A stretch of 64,000 nucleotides of DNA from Oculina patagonica. Its lineage: Eukaryota. Where the stretch lies: positions 4,278,001-4,342,000 of the forward strand of contig NC_135770.1 in the NCBI RefSeq assembly GCF_052425735.1, given 5' to 3'. The translations under genes and the position numbers were made by a program. Every line of letters begins with the position of its first letter. Position 1 is the stretch's first letter. A model generated the notes under the pieces. It did not search any database, had not been told where the DNA came from, and worked only from the letters and a program-made list of their open reading frames with translations. Shown here piece by piece: positions 37,241 to 49,817 of this stretch.

Positions 37241-38829
37241 AGCGAAACTCACAATAAAACACGGTACAACACAACTAAGATTCTGTTTATACAGCTTTGG
37301 CTGGCATTCAACCCTCGCAAACTTCAACAAAGCTCTTAGAGTTTACGAACCCCGATATTTTCCCTGATAATACACAGCTGTTCACACGATTCATGTGAAA
37401 CACAGAAACTCTTCGAATATTAGCTGCTGCTATCGCGCTTATCGACCTTCTTTTTGAAGGAACGGTTAAAACACTGTATTTTCTCAAATAAACGCCGGGC
37501 TTCCAAGGAAGAATTGTAAACAACCCCCTCAAGAATTTATTTGAGGGCTAAAATGCATAGTTGCAATGGAAATATGTCAAGTCTGTCCAAAATAATGTAT
37601 GAAACCCTTGTTTAATAAACTTCAGGCTCGAATTAACATCAGGAGTCAACGCCAGGTCCACCAGGCCAAGTTTGAAATACACGCCGGGGGCGTTTAATAG
37701 AGAAATTATTACGGTACAGCGTAATCGACCTTGTCTATTCTTAAACTTTCTCTAACTTAAAGACCAATGTCCCTCCTTTAAATAAAACGGAGGTTATATT
37801 ACAATATCGTTTGTCATATAATTTTTTGTCATTTATTTGGTCTTCCCTTTGTGTTCTTATGGTCATCGTTTACTGTAACCCGGATGAACAAACTAATTTT
37901 TTTTTGTCTTTGTTCGTTTATATAGGACGAGGTTAGGATCGGAACTCCGACATTAACTCGTTTTGCAACAACTCAATTAATCGCCTTCCATATACGTTCA
38001 AACTCAACTTTCACGGAATAATCAAAATTATAATATAATGTATGCTGTCGGAAGAAGTCAAAATATAATCGCGGACATGATAAAGGTGAATAAAAATATT
38101 AGTTTACCGAACAGAAGACGTTTGTGTTCGATCACAATTTGGAGCAAAATAGGTCCTTTTTACAAGCACTTCTAGAGCTAATAACCCAAGCTCAAGCTGT
38201 GCATATCAGGGGCGATAAAAAATGCATTACCTTCAACAGTGTGCTTCTTGCTGTCAGCTTGCTGTCGGTGCGATTGCTTTACTGATTCGAAGCGATTCTC
38301 GGGTAAGACCGATAACTCACTAAAATTGCCTCCGATAAGTAGCAAAGTAAGCGCAAACAAATAAATAAACAGGTGAAGTAAGGTAATTAAGGCACAGAAT
38401 TTTTAAGTATTCCAACTTAAATTAAAGTTTCCAAAAATATCTTGGCTGATCATGATTCGCAGCTTGAGCTTGGGCCGCCTGTGGCATTGGTCACTGTTGG
38501 TTTACACAGCAGGTAGTGTCTTTTTGTCGGAGTACATCATGTAACTATGGCAACCTTTCTTCGGCTTTCAGTGTCTATAAGACATGGTATGTTAGCTCTG
38601 TGTTAGCACATGGGTTTTATTCAATAGCAATAGGAAAAACTTTTTCATTTACAAAATTTCGATAAAGACAATCAAAAGAAAGGAAGGATAACCAAGCCGT
38701 TATCCACTGCAAGAGGCGTAGCCGAGTGCAGTATTGAAAATTTCTCGTTCATTTTGCGGCCAGCGCGTGCGTGCATTTGGAGACTAAACACGAACGGTCA
38801 GACTCTTACCCTTTTAATATACAATCTTA

Positions 38830-39300
38830 GGGCCTGTTTACATGATTCCGGAATGACTTTCATTCCGGAACGAAACTCGTTCCGGAATGAAGTTCGTTCT
38901 GCATTTATATGACAGAGTCAACTGGCTCAGCCAAAAGCATTTTCACGTGTGCGATTTTCGCGCGAGATCAAAACAAGGTGGCGCATGTTTCGCGCAAACA
39001 TGTTTTTGTGCCCAGTGATGGCCGCATCTGCCATTTTAACGAGTAATTTGACCATAGAGCTGCTTCTTTGGGTAAACAGTATGCGGTTTCATGAGTTGCG
39101 ATTTCATCTCGGAACGAAATTCGTTCTGTGTTGTCATTCCAGAACGAAACTTTCATTCCGGAATGAAAACCGGAATGAACTCATTCCGGAATGACTTGAC
39201 TTTCGTCTCGGTATCATGTAAACAGATACAAAGAAATGTATGGGGATGGAATGAACTCGTTCCGGAATGAAAGTCATTCCGGAATCATGTAAACAGGCCC
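38830..39300. mobile_element. PIF/Harbinger-like MITE, copy 1 (internally deleted)
   Basis: ~45-bp TIR gggcctgtttacatgattccggaatgactttcattccggaacga; TTA/TAA flanks; internal ttccggaa palindromes. Confidence 0.8.
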
Positions 39301-40006
39301 TAAGTACACTGCAAGCGATCATCGACTTAACGAACTTCAAACAATAATGTTTAAAAATGAGAAGTGAAGTAGTACACAATTACACGGGATAAGATCAAAA
39401 ATATAAAAATCACAAATAAAATTATAAGCCATACAGAAATAAAGCTTAAAATGGTCCATAAAATCGTTTATCAGCTGTGGTCGTTCATAAATACAGTCAA
39501 CGAGAAGCTTGTTCAAAGCAAGTCCTTAGTAGATGGCTTTCACAATTAAGCAACGAACAAGTCAATCGCACACAAAAATGTATTAATTGAGCTGCAGTTT
39601 ACCTTTTAACATGAAAGCGTTTCAAATTGTTATCCTCTTCGATAGTGTTTGGTATTGGATCGTTGATAATTTGAGGAATATATTTTTCTTTCACTTCTGC
39701 AAGCCTTGAAGCTGAAGACATTTTCAATAATGCGTGATTTTTGTGCATTATTATCAATACTCAATACTGCACTTTCGGAGTTTGCTGACGACAGGTAAAG
39801 CAAAATCACGTGATCTATTTTAACCAATTTGCGCGCGTGGATTTTGGACAGTGAACGAAGATTGTATATTAAACCAAAAAGTAACTTGAGAGGAATTTTT
39901 ATTGAAATAAAGTCTTTTAAAATATCATTAAAATATCATGCTTTGCACGCTACTCTCCGGTTTTTAATTGAAAAAAAAAAGAAATGGGCACGGGCGCCTT
40001 GTGATA

Positions 40007-40578
40007 GGGCCTGTTTACATGATTCCGGAATGACTTTCATTCCGGAACGAAACTCGTTCCGGAATGAAGTTCGTTCTGCATTTACATGACAGAGTCGATC
40101 GGTTCAACCAAAGGCATTTTCACGTGCGCGGTTTTCGCGCGAGATGAAAACAAGGCGGCGCATGTTTCGCGCGAGATGAAAACAAGATGGCGCATGTTTC
40201 GCGCAAACATGTTTTTGTGCCCATTAATTGCCGTATCTGCAATTTTAACGAGTAATTTGACCATAGAGCTGCTCCAATGGGCTAAACAGTTAATGCTATT
40301 ACGTTTTTTCGATTTGAATTCAAACTGTGGAGTCCGTGTGCGGTTTCATGAGTTGCGATTTCATCTCGGAACGAAATTCGTTCTGTGTTTACATGAAACC
40401 GGAATGAAATGTCATTCCAGAACGAAACTTTCATTCCGGAATGAAAACCGGAATGAACTCATTCCGGAATGACTTGACTTTCGTCTCGGTATCATGTAAA
40501 CAGATACAGAGAAATGTATGGGGATGGAATGAACTCGTTCCGGAATGAAAGTCATTCCGGAATCATGTAAACAGGCCC
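40007..40578. mobile_element. PIF/Harbinger-like MITE, copy 2
   Basis: Same TIRs and interior as 38830-39300, about 100 bp longer. Confidence 0.8.
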
Positions 40579-43097
40579 TTAGGCCCAATTAAAACTGAAG
40601 CATTTCAAGCAAGAGCAAGAGTTCTTTAACTTTAAATTCACAAAGAATGCAAGATAACAATTTGATTTCTAAAATGTTGTGTATGTAATTCATTAAAACA
40701 TTTTGCCAGATTAGGGCTTTGCGGGTGGGATTTATATATTGCTCCGCGAACGAGTCAAAATAAATAAATAAAACAATACACTAGACCCTTAATTGTGTTC
40801 AATATTGCCCAAAAAATTCATTGCCAAAAGAGGCCCTTTGCAGCTGGGGTCGCGTGACCAAATTTTCGCTAAAAAAATATATTATGGGCTATTACTTAAC
40901 GAATGCCAGAATTCGAAATGGGAGAAGCATGTTGAAAATATCAAAACGGTTAAGTTTGACGTGCCTAGCATTAAAGAATGAGATTTTATTATGGTTGATT
41001 TTTTTTTAGAGTTATAAAGATTTGTATGGATCCCGGAGAATATTACTGGAGCCGGCAAGACCTTCATTCACATTTGAAAAACACATATCTTATAAGACTT
41101 CTTCAGGCAAAATATAAACAATTAACCGAAAGTGTCGTTGGTGTCTCAGCAGTTAGCCATTCCAAATATAAATGATTATTTACTAGAATCCATAACGTTT
41201 TAAAATGTCTATTCACAAGGCTGAAAAGGTTAAAATACTTGAAAAGGAAAAAAAAACGTTTTTGACATAATTATGTCTTGTTCAAGGTTTTTTGAGAATA
41301 ACTAAATTAGGGAGAATCGTTTCATCCTTTCCTTTTTAAGTAGTTTAAAACATTGAATGGGAAAAAATATCTTCCGTGTTCCTCACAACTCTTCTCCTGT
41401 TCGCTGTACAAGCCGAGACGTGTCAGGCTGTAGTTGTTCGATAAGGGACGATAATCTTTTCCTTATCTGATATAATGTTATTTTGAATTTGTGTCGTATA
41501 GATAGATTAAGGTGGATAGCAACAGTTTCCTGCACTTAACTTTAATAGGTCAATATTACCACTAATTATCAGTTAATACTGCGAAAAATATCTGTATCTA
41601 ACGAATGCGTAATCATTGCGGGTAAGAAATGCGTTGCCCTATATCTTTGTAATACAGTAAAAAACGACGAGTAATAAGAACCTAGTTTTTTTTTTCCAGG
41701 TTAGCCTTAACAGGTTCTTACATAAATGGTAGTTAACACAAATTTAGGCTATTTAGGGTCTTAATAGGTTCTTATTTTCTGAGGAAATATTTATATTGTT
41801 GCCTAATAGAGCTTTTAGTGATATTCGGCCTATATTTGTATACAATTTGCATACCACACAAGTGTTTAAGTAAACATGAAGCACTATTCATTCAGAACAT
41901 GACATTGTATACATGAACAGTAAAGTCTTGGCCAAAGTTATTGTCCTAAAAGTAAACATTTTTAATAACTTTTAGAAAATAAGAACCTGTTTTCAAATTT
42001 TAGGCTAAATAGGTTTTTATAAAAATGGGGAATGTTAGATTCTAACTTGCAGATTTTTACTGCATAACAGTTTGCCATAGCAGAAGTATTACTTTTATAA
42101 ACTATTGGTGGTTGTATTTTTTGTTGAAAATAATACGAGAGAGGATGAGGTGTAAAGGGCGTTTTATGTTTACATAAACTGTAAGGCCGAATTAAAACTT
42201 TGACACTCAAGTGAATTTGAGAAACGTCCAAGTAAGAGCAAGTGTGTTAACTAAAATTCACAAAAAATGCTAGATTAAACAATTTGATTTCTGAAATGTT
42301 GTGCATGTACCTTATTCTCAATTAATTTCGCGAGTATATGTACTAAATTTTGCAATTTTGATACTTTAATACTCGCGAAATATAGGACACGCGAAGTCTA
42401 AAATCGCAAAATTTAATATCGTACTGATAATATAAAAAATAATGAAACTCGATTTGTTTTATCATAGTTATTCCAACATGTCTGAGCTTCATGTTTAGAA
42501 GTTTTTTGTTTAATTTTGTCCATTAGTTATTTCTCACTCTATCAGTCGCACTGTTCGAACTGTTCTCTGCCGCCAAGTTCTTCAAAATCTCGCTCTTGCA
42601 GTCGTAGATGAACCTATAAGGTATTTAGACTGTTGAATACCTTATGTTTTGTTATGTATATATTGTTTTGTTTGCTGCTTTTACGATATTAAAACATTTT
42701 GGCAGATTAGGGCTTTGTAGGTGGGATGCACTAGACCCTTGTTTTCAATATTACAAAAAAAAAAATTCATTGCCGCATAGAGAAAATTACAGCTTAATGG
42801 GCCCTTTGCAGCTGGGATCGCGTGACCAAATTTTTACTTAAAAATTGTAGTTTTATGGAATATAACTAAACAAATGCCAGAAATAGAAAGAGCATTTCAA
42901 AAATATCAAAATGGTTAAGTTTGAGGTCCATAGCATTAAGATTTTATTATGGTTTAAATTTTTTAGAATTATAAAGATTTGCATGGAAAATGTTGCTGGA
43001 GCCGGCAAGACCTTCATTCACATTCGAAAAACAAATATTCAGGCAAAATATAAACATCGATTTGGAAATACATGATACAAGAAATATAAATGATAAG

Positions 43098-43136
43098 AAC
43101 CGACGTTTTGGAGCATCTTGCGCCATCATCAAGGTT
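43098..43136 (-). ncRNA. Degenerate Penelope-type hammerhead motif inside a small inverted-repeat insertion
   Basis: Minus strand aacc-TTGATGA-t-ggcgca-aga-tgctcc-AAAA-cgtc-ggtt; helices I and II pair, core differs from consensus. Confidence 0.45.
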
Positions 43137-43467
43137 ACATACCATGTTGACCGAGACGTCGGTTCTTATCATTTATATTTCTTGTAAAATATAAACAATT
43201 AACCAAAAAGGTCGTTGGTGTCTCAGCAGTAAGCGATTCCAAATCATTATTTGCTAGAATCCTTAACGTTTTAAAATGTCCATTTACTAGGCTGAAAAGT
43301 TAAATGCCTAAAAAGGAAAAAAAACGTTTTTGACATAATTATGTCTGGTTCAAGGTTTTTTTAGAATAACTGAACTTAGGAAGAACTGCTTCATTTTTTT
43401 TTCTTTTTACTGAGTAGTTTTAAAAACCTTTTATGTCATGTAAATACTTATCTTTCACTCAAATTTA

Positions 43468-43980
43468 CCGTATTTTCTCGATTAAACGCCGGACCCCGAT
43501 TGAACGCCGGCCTCGTATAAACGCCGGGGGCGTTTGTTCGAGGTCCCGGCAATTACTTGAAGTCAAGCTAACAAGTGAATATACTCTCTTGAATGGCAGC
43601 GCTATAACATTTTAGTATGGTATGCTGCTTTGGATCTAAAGCAGCATACCGTGCTAATATGTTATAGCGCTGCCATTCAAATATTGATTGCAACATAAAC
43701 GTGTCCAATCCGCAATAATGGACCTTTGGGTAATTATCAACTTTAAAAACCCAGGGATAGTTTTTCGGGGCACTAAACGAAGAGAAAAGTCGCCCCGCCT
43801 TGACAAACTCCCCCTTGGTCTCAAAGATCGGTAACAGTAAATCAATCTGAAAAATTGACAGAAAATTACAGTCCTTTAATAGACGCCGGGCCCCGATTAA
43901 ACGCCGGCTTCAAAAAAACGCCGAGTCTACCAAGCCAAGTTTGAAATAAACGCCAGGGGCGTTTAATTGAGAAAATACGA
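43468..43980. mobile_element. Tc1/mariner-pogo-like MITE with TA TSD, inserted between repeat units; contains a nested 92-bp hairpin
   Basis: TA-ccgtattttctcgattaaacgcc ... ggcgtttaattgagaaaatacga-TA; relatives at ~37472-37715 and ~57993-58240. Confidence 0.75.
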
Positions 43981-46269
43981 TACGTGAATTTGAGAAACGT
44001 CCAAGCAAGAGCAAGTCTTCTTTAATTAAAATTCACCAAGAATTCTAGATAACAATTTCATATCTGGAATGTTGTACATGTAATTCATTCAAACATTTTG
44101 CCACATTAGGGCTTTGCGGGTGGAATGTATTGCTCAGCAAACGATTCAAAATAAATAAATAAAACAATACACTAGACCCTTAAATTCAATATTACGAGAA
44201 AACTTCTTTGCCCAAAGAAAAAATTACAGCTTAATAGACCCTTTGCAGACAGGTTCGCGTGACCAAATTGTTACTTAAAAAAAATGTATATATTGTCGGC
44301 TACTACTAAACGAATGCCAGAAATGAATAAAGCATGTCGAAAATATCAAAATGGTTAAGTTTGAGGTCCCTAGAAGGAAAAAAATGAGATTTTATTACCG
44401 TTTAATTATTTTTAGAATTCTAAAATTTTGTATGGAAAATGTTGTTGGAGCTAGCAAGACCTTCATTCACATTTGAAAAAACAAATATTTAGGCAAAACA
44501 TTAACAATATAATTAAACTATAGGGTCGTTGTTGACTCAGCAGTTAGCCATTTGAAATCCTTATTTACTAGAATCCTTAACGTTTTACAAGGCTGAAAAG
44601 TTTAAAATACCCAAGAAGAAAAATAAAACGTTTTTGACCGTTTTTATGACTTGTTTAAGGTTTTTTGAGAATAACGTAATTAGGAATTAAAGAATCGCTT
44701 TATTTTTTCCTTTTTACAGAGTAATTTATAAAAAAACCTGTTATGTCATACTTCTCTTACCCTCAAATGTACGTGAATTTGAGAATCGTCCAAGCAAAGG
44801 TAAGTGTTCTTTACTTAAAAATTCACCAAGAATGCTAGATAACAATTTCATATCTGGAATGTTGTACATGTAATTCATTAAAACATTTTGCCAGATTAGG
44901 ACTTTGCGGGTGGAAAGTATTGCTCAGAGAACGATTCAAAATAAATAAATAAAGAAAACAAGACACTAGACCCTTGAGTTCAATATTACAAGAACAATTC
45001 ATTGCCCAAAGAGAACATTACAGCTTTTATATAAGCTGTAAAATAGGCCCTTTGCAGCCAGGTTCGCGTGACAAAATGTTTACTAAAAAATTGTATATTG
45101 TCGGCTTTAGGCCTTCATTCGCATTTGAAAAACAAATATTCAGGCAATTAAAACATAAACAATAAAACAATAGGGTCGTTGGTCACTCAGCAGTTAGCCA
45201 TTCCAAATCAATATTTGCTAGAATCCTTAACGTTTTACAAGGCTGAAAAAGTTTAAAATACCCAAGAAGAAAAATAAAACGTTTTTGACATAATTAAATT
45301 ATGACTTGTTTAAGGTTTTTTGAGAAAAACTTAATTAGGAAGAATCGCTTCATTTTTTCCTTTTTACCGAGTAATTTTAAAAACCTCTGAAGTCATGTAA
45401 ATAATTATCTTAACACTCAAAAGTACGTGAATTTGAGAAACGTCCTAGCAAGGGCAAATACTCTTTAACTAAAATTCACCAAGAATTCTAGATAACAATT
45501 TCATATCTGAAATGTTGTACATGTAATTCATTAAAACATTTTGCCAGATTAGGGCTTAAGCTTTGCGGGTGGAATGTATTGCTCAGCAAAAAAATCAAAT
45601 CAAAATAAATAAAACAATGCATTGTTCAATATTAAAAGAAAAGGTCATTACCCAAAGAGTAAATTTCAGCTTAATAGGCCTTTTACAGCTGGGGATCGCG
45701 TGACGAAATTGTTACTAAAAACTAATGTTATGGGCTATGACTTAACAAATACCAGAAATGGAAAAAGCATCTCGAAAATATCAAAATGAAAAAGGTTGAG
45801 GTCCCTAACATTAAAGAATGAGATTTTATGACGGTTTTATTACGTCTTTATAGAATTATAAAGATTTGTATGGGAATTGTTGTTGGTGCCGGCTAACATG
45901 CGATCAGGCGCGCCAAAAAGAACGCTTGATCGCAGATTAAGAGCCGGCAAGACCTTAATCACATTTGAAAAACAAATATCTTATAAATTTCTTCAGGAAA
46001 TAGTAATAATTAACCAAAAGGGTCGTTGGCGACTCAGCAGTAAGCCATTCCAAATTATTATATTTGTTTGAATCTTAGCGCTTTAAAATGTTTATTGACA
46101 AGGCTGAAAAAAAGCATAAAAGGCCTAAAAAGGAAAAAAAAATTTTTTTGACATAATTATGTCTTGTTCAAGGTTTTTTGAGAATAACGTAATTAGGAAG
46201 AATCGCTTCACACTTTTGTTTTTAAGAAGTTTTAGAAACCTTTTAAGGCATGTAAATACTTATCTTAAC

Positions 46270-46610
46270 ATACATTGAATATCATAGACGTCATTTGGGT
46301 GTGTTATTTCTTATTTTATCATCCGCAGTGATATTGGAATATTGATAATAGCTCAGCGTTGTCTTTAAATTTAATATATAGTTTCCTCTATGGAGAAATA
46401 TTGCATGCAAAGGTTATTCAGAAGCCTGAGTTCCGGAACCGCTTGTATAAATATCCCCCACAAATATCACTGTAACCATGCCACGATATGTCTATATAAG
46501 AAGCTTGCAGCTTCAAACACGTACACTTCAAAGCTCTTGCTTACCCAGCACTTGAGAGAGTGCCGAGCTACATTTGTGCAACAGCATTGTCCAGTTTACA
46601 CGAAACAACA
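46270..46610 (+). promoter_or_regulatory. Upstream/promoter block shared by LPMO copies 2, 3 and 4
   Basis: gtttcctctatgga...gcatg...ttatt...gcctga...gtataaat...agaagcttgca.cttcaaac recurs at ~51440-51660 and ~53690-53842; TATA-like gtataaat at ~46446. Confidence 0.55.
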
Positions 46611-47534
46611 ATGGGAGCGAAAGAAATTCTTCGCCTTCTCGTGGCCGCAAGCGTAATTGCTTCGGTTGTTGGCCATGGAATGCTGATAAATCCTGCTAGC
46701 AGAAACTCCGCATGGAGGTTTTTCCCCAATCGTCCAGCACAGTACACAGACAACCAGCTAAACTGTGGAGGTTTCAACGTCCAATGGTCCGAAAACCAAG
46801 GCAAATGTGGAGTGTGCGGTGACGCCTATCATCTCACAAACCCCAAGTACGTCTACCCGGGAGAGTACGCAAAGGACGGTTTCATCACCAAAACATACAA
46901 AGAAGGGCACGAGATTGACGTTACCGTAAAGATTACTTCAAATCATCAAGGCTACTTCCGCTTCAGCGTGGGCAAACTCGAAAAGCGACCAATCACTCAA
47001 GAGCAACTGAAACACGTTTTGTTACAACCCGATGGTTCTGACACATGGCCCCTTCACTCATCCGGAACTGGAGATTTCAAGATTAAACTCTTGCTTCCTA
47101 AAGGCCTGACATGTGATCACTGCGTGATGCAATGGTGGTGGACTGTGGGCAACAACTGGGGCTGTGACGAAGACGGCAATTGTGGAGTTGGAAAAGGAAA
47201 GGAACAAGAGACATTTGTGAATTGCGCTGATATTAAGATTGTGTCAGCTGGAGGCCCAGCGCCGCCTTTCACTGAGGCCCCTCCAACTGAGAGACCCACC
47301 ACTCAGGCTCCTTCCACGGCAAAGCCAACTACAGAGATGCCCTCTACGCAGAACCCACCCTCCACTCAAGAACCCCCAACTGAAGGACCTGCTACCACAG
47401 TTCCACCAACGAAATTACAATCTGGAGGATGCAAGGCCACAGGACCGTGGAAAGGAAATGCCAATATGGACGAATGGTGTAGTGTTAACTGTGCATTGGG
47501 TCATTGCCCTTCCAGCCACTGTGTGTGCGCTTAA
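46611..47534 (+). CDS. Secreted AA15-type LPMO, copy 2 (307 aa)
   Basis: MGAKEILRLLVAASVIASVVG|HGMLINPASRNSAWR; TSNHQG; QWWWTVGNNWGC; QETFVNCADI; long P/T linker; 6-Cys module; AATAAA at ~47629. Confidence 0.92.
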   Translation: MGAKEILRLLVAASVIASVVGHGMLINPASRNSAWRFFPNRPAQYTDNQLNCGGFNVQWSENQGKCGVCGDAYHLTNPKYVYPGEYAKDGFITKTYKEGHEIDVTVKITSNHQGYFRFSVGKLEKRPITQEQLKHVLLQPDGSDTWPLHSSGTGDFKIKLLLPKGLTCDHCVMQWWWTVGNNWGCDEDGNCGVGKGKEQETFVNCADIKIVSAGGPAPPFTEAPPTERPTTQAPSTAKPTTEMPSTQNPPSTQEPPTEGPATTVPPTKLQSGGCKATGPWKGNANMDEWCSVNCALGHCPSSHCVCA

Positions 47535-49703
47535 AAAGGTCGTATTTAGGTTATGTCTGTTTGATGATTGAGTCTTGTGTTGTAGCTGTTTTTGCTAGGT
47601 CGTACTGTCCGTACTGGTAATGGTATCTAATAAAAATGGGTCGACTTCTTTATCAACTGACTTTTGATTTTATTCCAAGTTAATGTATGAAGTACAAATG
47701 ATCTGATTATTTGATTGATTGATCGATTGAGCGTTTTTTTGATTGATTGATCGATTGATCGATTAATTAATAGTTATTTAATGAATGAAAAATGAGTGAG
47801 TAAATGAAAAATTGAATTAATGAATTAACGAATTAATCAATGAATAATCACGATGATGATGATGATAAAAAATAACAATACGTCTCTCCACCAGCAATCA
47901 TCCCTCGCACCCCGTATCCCATATAAGAGTCCACTAACAAAGCCTTTTGTTGAAATTGGGTATCTCAGAGTTTATTTCTGGCATTTAAGGTATTTTGAAC
48001 TGTTTATTAGTTTTTGTTAATTTAACGTTCGTTGTTTAAAAGGTTTAAAACAAGTTATACACACGGCAACGTCTGTATAGAATATTACTGACTAAAAGAA
48101 AATAACAAGCAAATATAGATAATTGTTTAAAATATAAAAATGGTTTAAACATATATATTTTTTTTAGTTCCAATCCCTCCCGTTTTTTATTTTTCACTCT
48201 CTCTCTGGGCATGATCGGCTCAGTGAATTGCTAATGAAGCGTGGCCTGAAAATTTCGTCCGGTATTGGGTGAGTTGTCATGGGTTGGATTTTTTCAGGCA
48301 AAATATAAACAATTAACCAAAGGGGTCTTTGGTGACTCAGCAGTTAGCCATTCCAAATCATTATTTGCTAGAATTCTTAACATTTTAAAATGTCTATTTA
48401 CAAGGCTGAAAAGTTAAAATACCAAAAAAGAAAAAAAAAACGTTTTGAACATAATTATGTCTTCAGGTTTTTTGAAAATAACTTAATTAGGAATAATCGC
48501 TTCATTTTTCCTTTTTAGGTAGTTTTAAAACCCTTTTAAGTCAAATCAGCCTGGTTTGGTAAGTGCTTGTCCATAAAATGCTACAATATGTTAAATATAT
48601 ATGGTACACCATAGTGTTATATATTGGATAGATAAATAATGCCTAGCTTTTGCCATAATTTCTGTACTGATTCCAAATTGGTAATTAATGATATTTCAAA
48701 GGGCGTTCATCATCCATAAATAAATCCAGAAATTTGTATTTGTATATATATGCTTTACTTTACCTATTTGTATACTTTACTTTATCGATTCGTTTATTAT
48801 ACATTTTTATTTCAATGTTTTGATTCAGCTCCTTTCTTTAGTATTTGGAAACCATAACATGTGTTTTATCAAGCTTATTTGAAGGAAGCTTATTTGAAGA
48901 AAGCCAAAGTGTAATCATTTTTGAGTCTAATGCTTGCGTGCGCTTTGCGCATGCGCATTAGACTCTTTGTTATATGAAAAAAGCTGTTAGCAATCCCAAG
49001 GGAATGGTTCGGGATCGATAATCGTTCGCTGTAATGTAGAAAACAATGATCAGCTGCAAGAACGGACTCCGTACGGACACGCACGATTAGTTTCAATTAA
49101 AAACAGCCAATCAGCGACACGTGTTCCCACGCATAATTAAAAGTTCTTTCTCAAGTCACGATTATTCAACACTTGAACAGGACGAAATAATTTTCCAGTT
49201 AAGACATTTGTAAGCTTTTTGTGAAAATAAATCTTCGTTTTCAGTTCAGTTAAGCACTTGTGTTTTCGTCTTGCTTAAAAAGCAAGACATCTTTGAGAAA
49301 AAATATTTCGACGGCGACTCGCGTTTATTTACACAATGCGACCAAATATTTATTTTGTTTTAAAAAATAGAAAACTTTACCTCGGTTTTTGTATTTAAGT
49401 CATTCGAATTTTGACCAATTTTTTCTTTACAGTGCAAACAAAAACCTTCAAAAATAAAAGATGTACATGGATAAATGTAAATCAAGTTACGCGACTAAAT
49501 CAAAATGCGTTTGTTTGGCCGCTTTGCAGTATTACACTGTCCCGGCCTTTGCCATACACTGAAATCGAATTTCATGCTTTTACGACTCTCAGAGATCTTA
49601 AGTTCTTCTTACAGCTAGAAAAATCATAAAATGGTTACATTGATATGGAAGTGATGATTCGCGAAATTTGTACATCATGATAAACAGTCTTCGCTCCTGT
49701 GTA

Positions 49704-49817
49704 TAGCCTGCGAACGCAGACGTATTTCCGCCTGTCGTTTCTCTCCGCCGAAAAATAGCACGCTATTTTTCGGCGGAGAGAAACAACAGGCGGAAATACG
49801 TCTGCGTTCGCAGGCTA
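49704..49817. mobile_element. Near-perfect palindromic mini element (TAG...CTA) with 9-bp TSD
   Basis: tagcctgcgaacgcagacgtatttccgcctg...caggcggaaatacgtctgcgttcgcaggcta; TSD tcctgtgta at 49695-49703 and 49818-49826. Confidence 0.85.

Larger units (their letters stand above)
40600..46270 (+). repeat. Degenerate tandem array of five ~0.65-0.85 kb non-coding units
   Basis: Units start at about 40600, 42210, 43983, 44771 and 45425. Recurring landmarks: gtgaatttgagaaacgtccaag, aacattttgccagattaggg, tcgcgtgac, ctcagcagttagccattccaaat, aaggttttttgagaataac. Partial units at 48295-48542 and 51195-51425. Confidence 0.9.

Noticed and set aside
40600-46270. CRISPR-like or coding repeat array
   Set aside because: Units are ~0.7 kb and degenerate, with no repeat-spacer pattern and no conserved ORF; eukaryotic context
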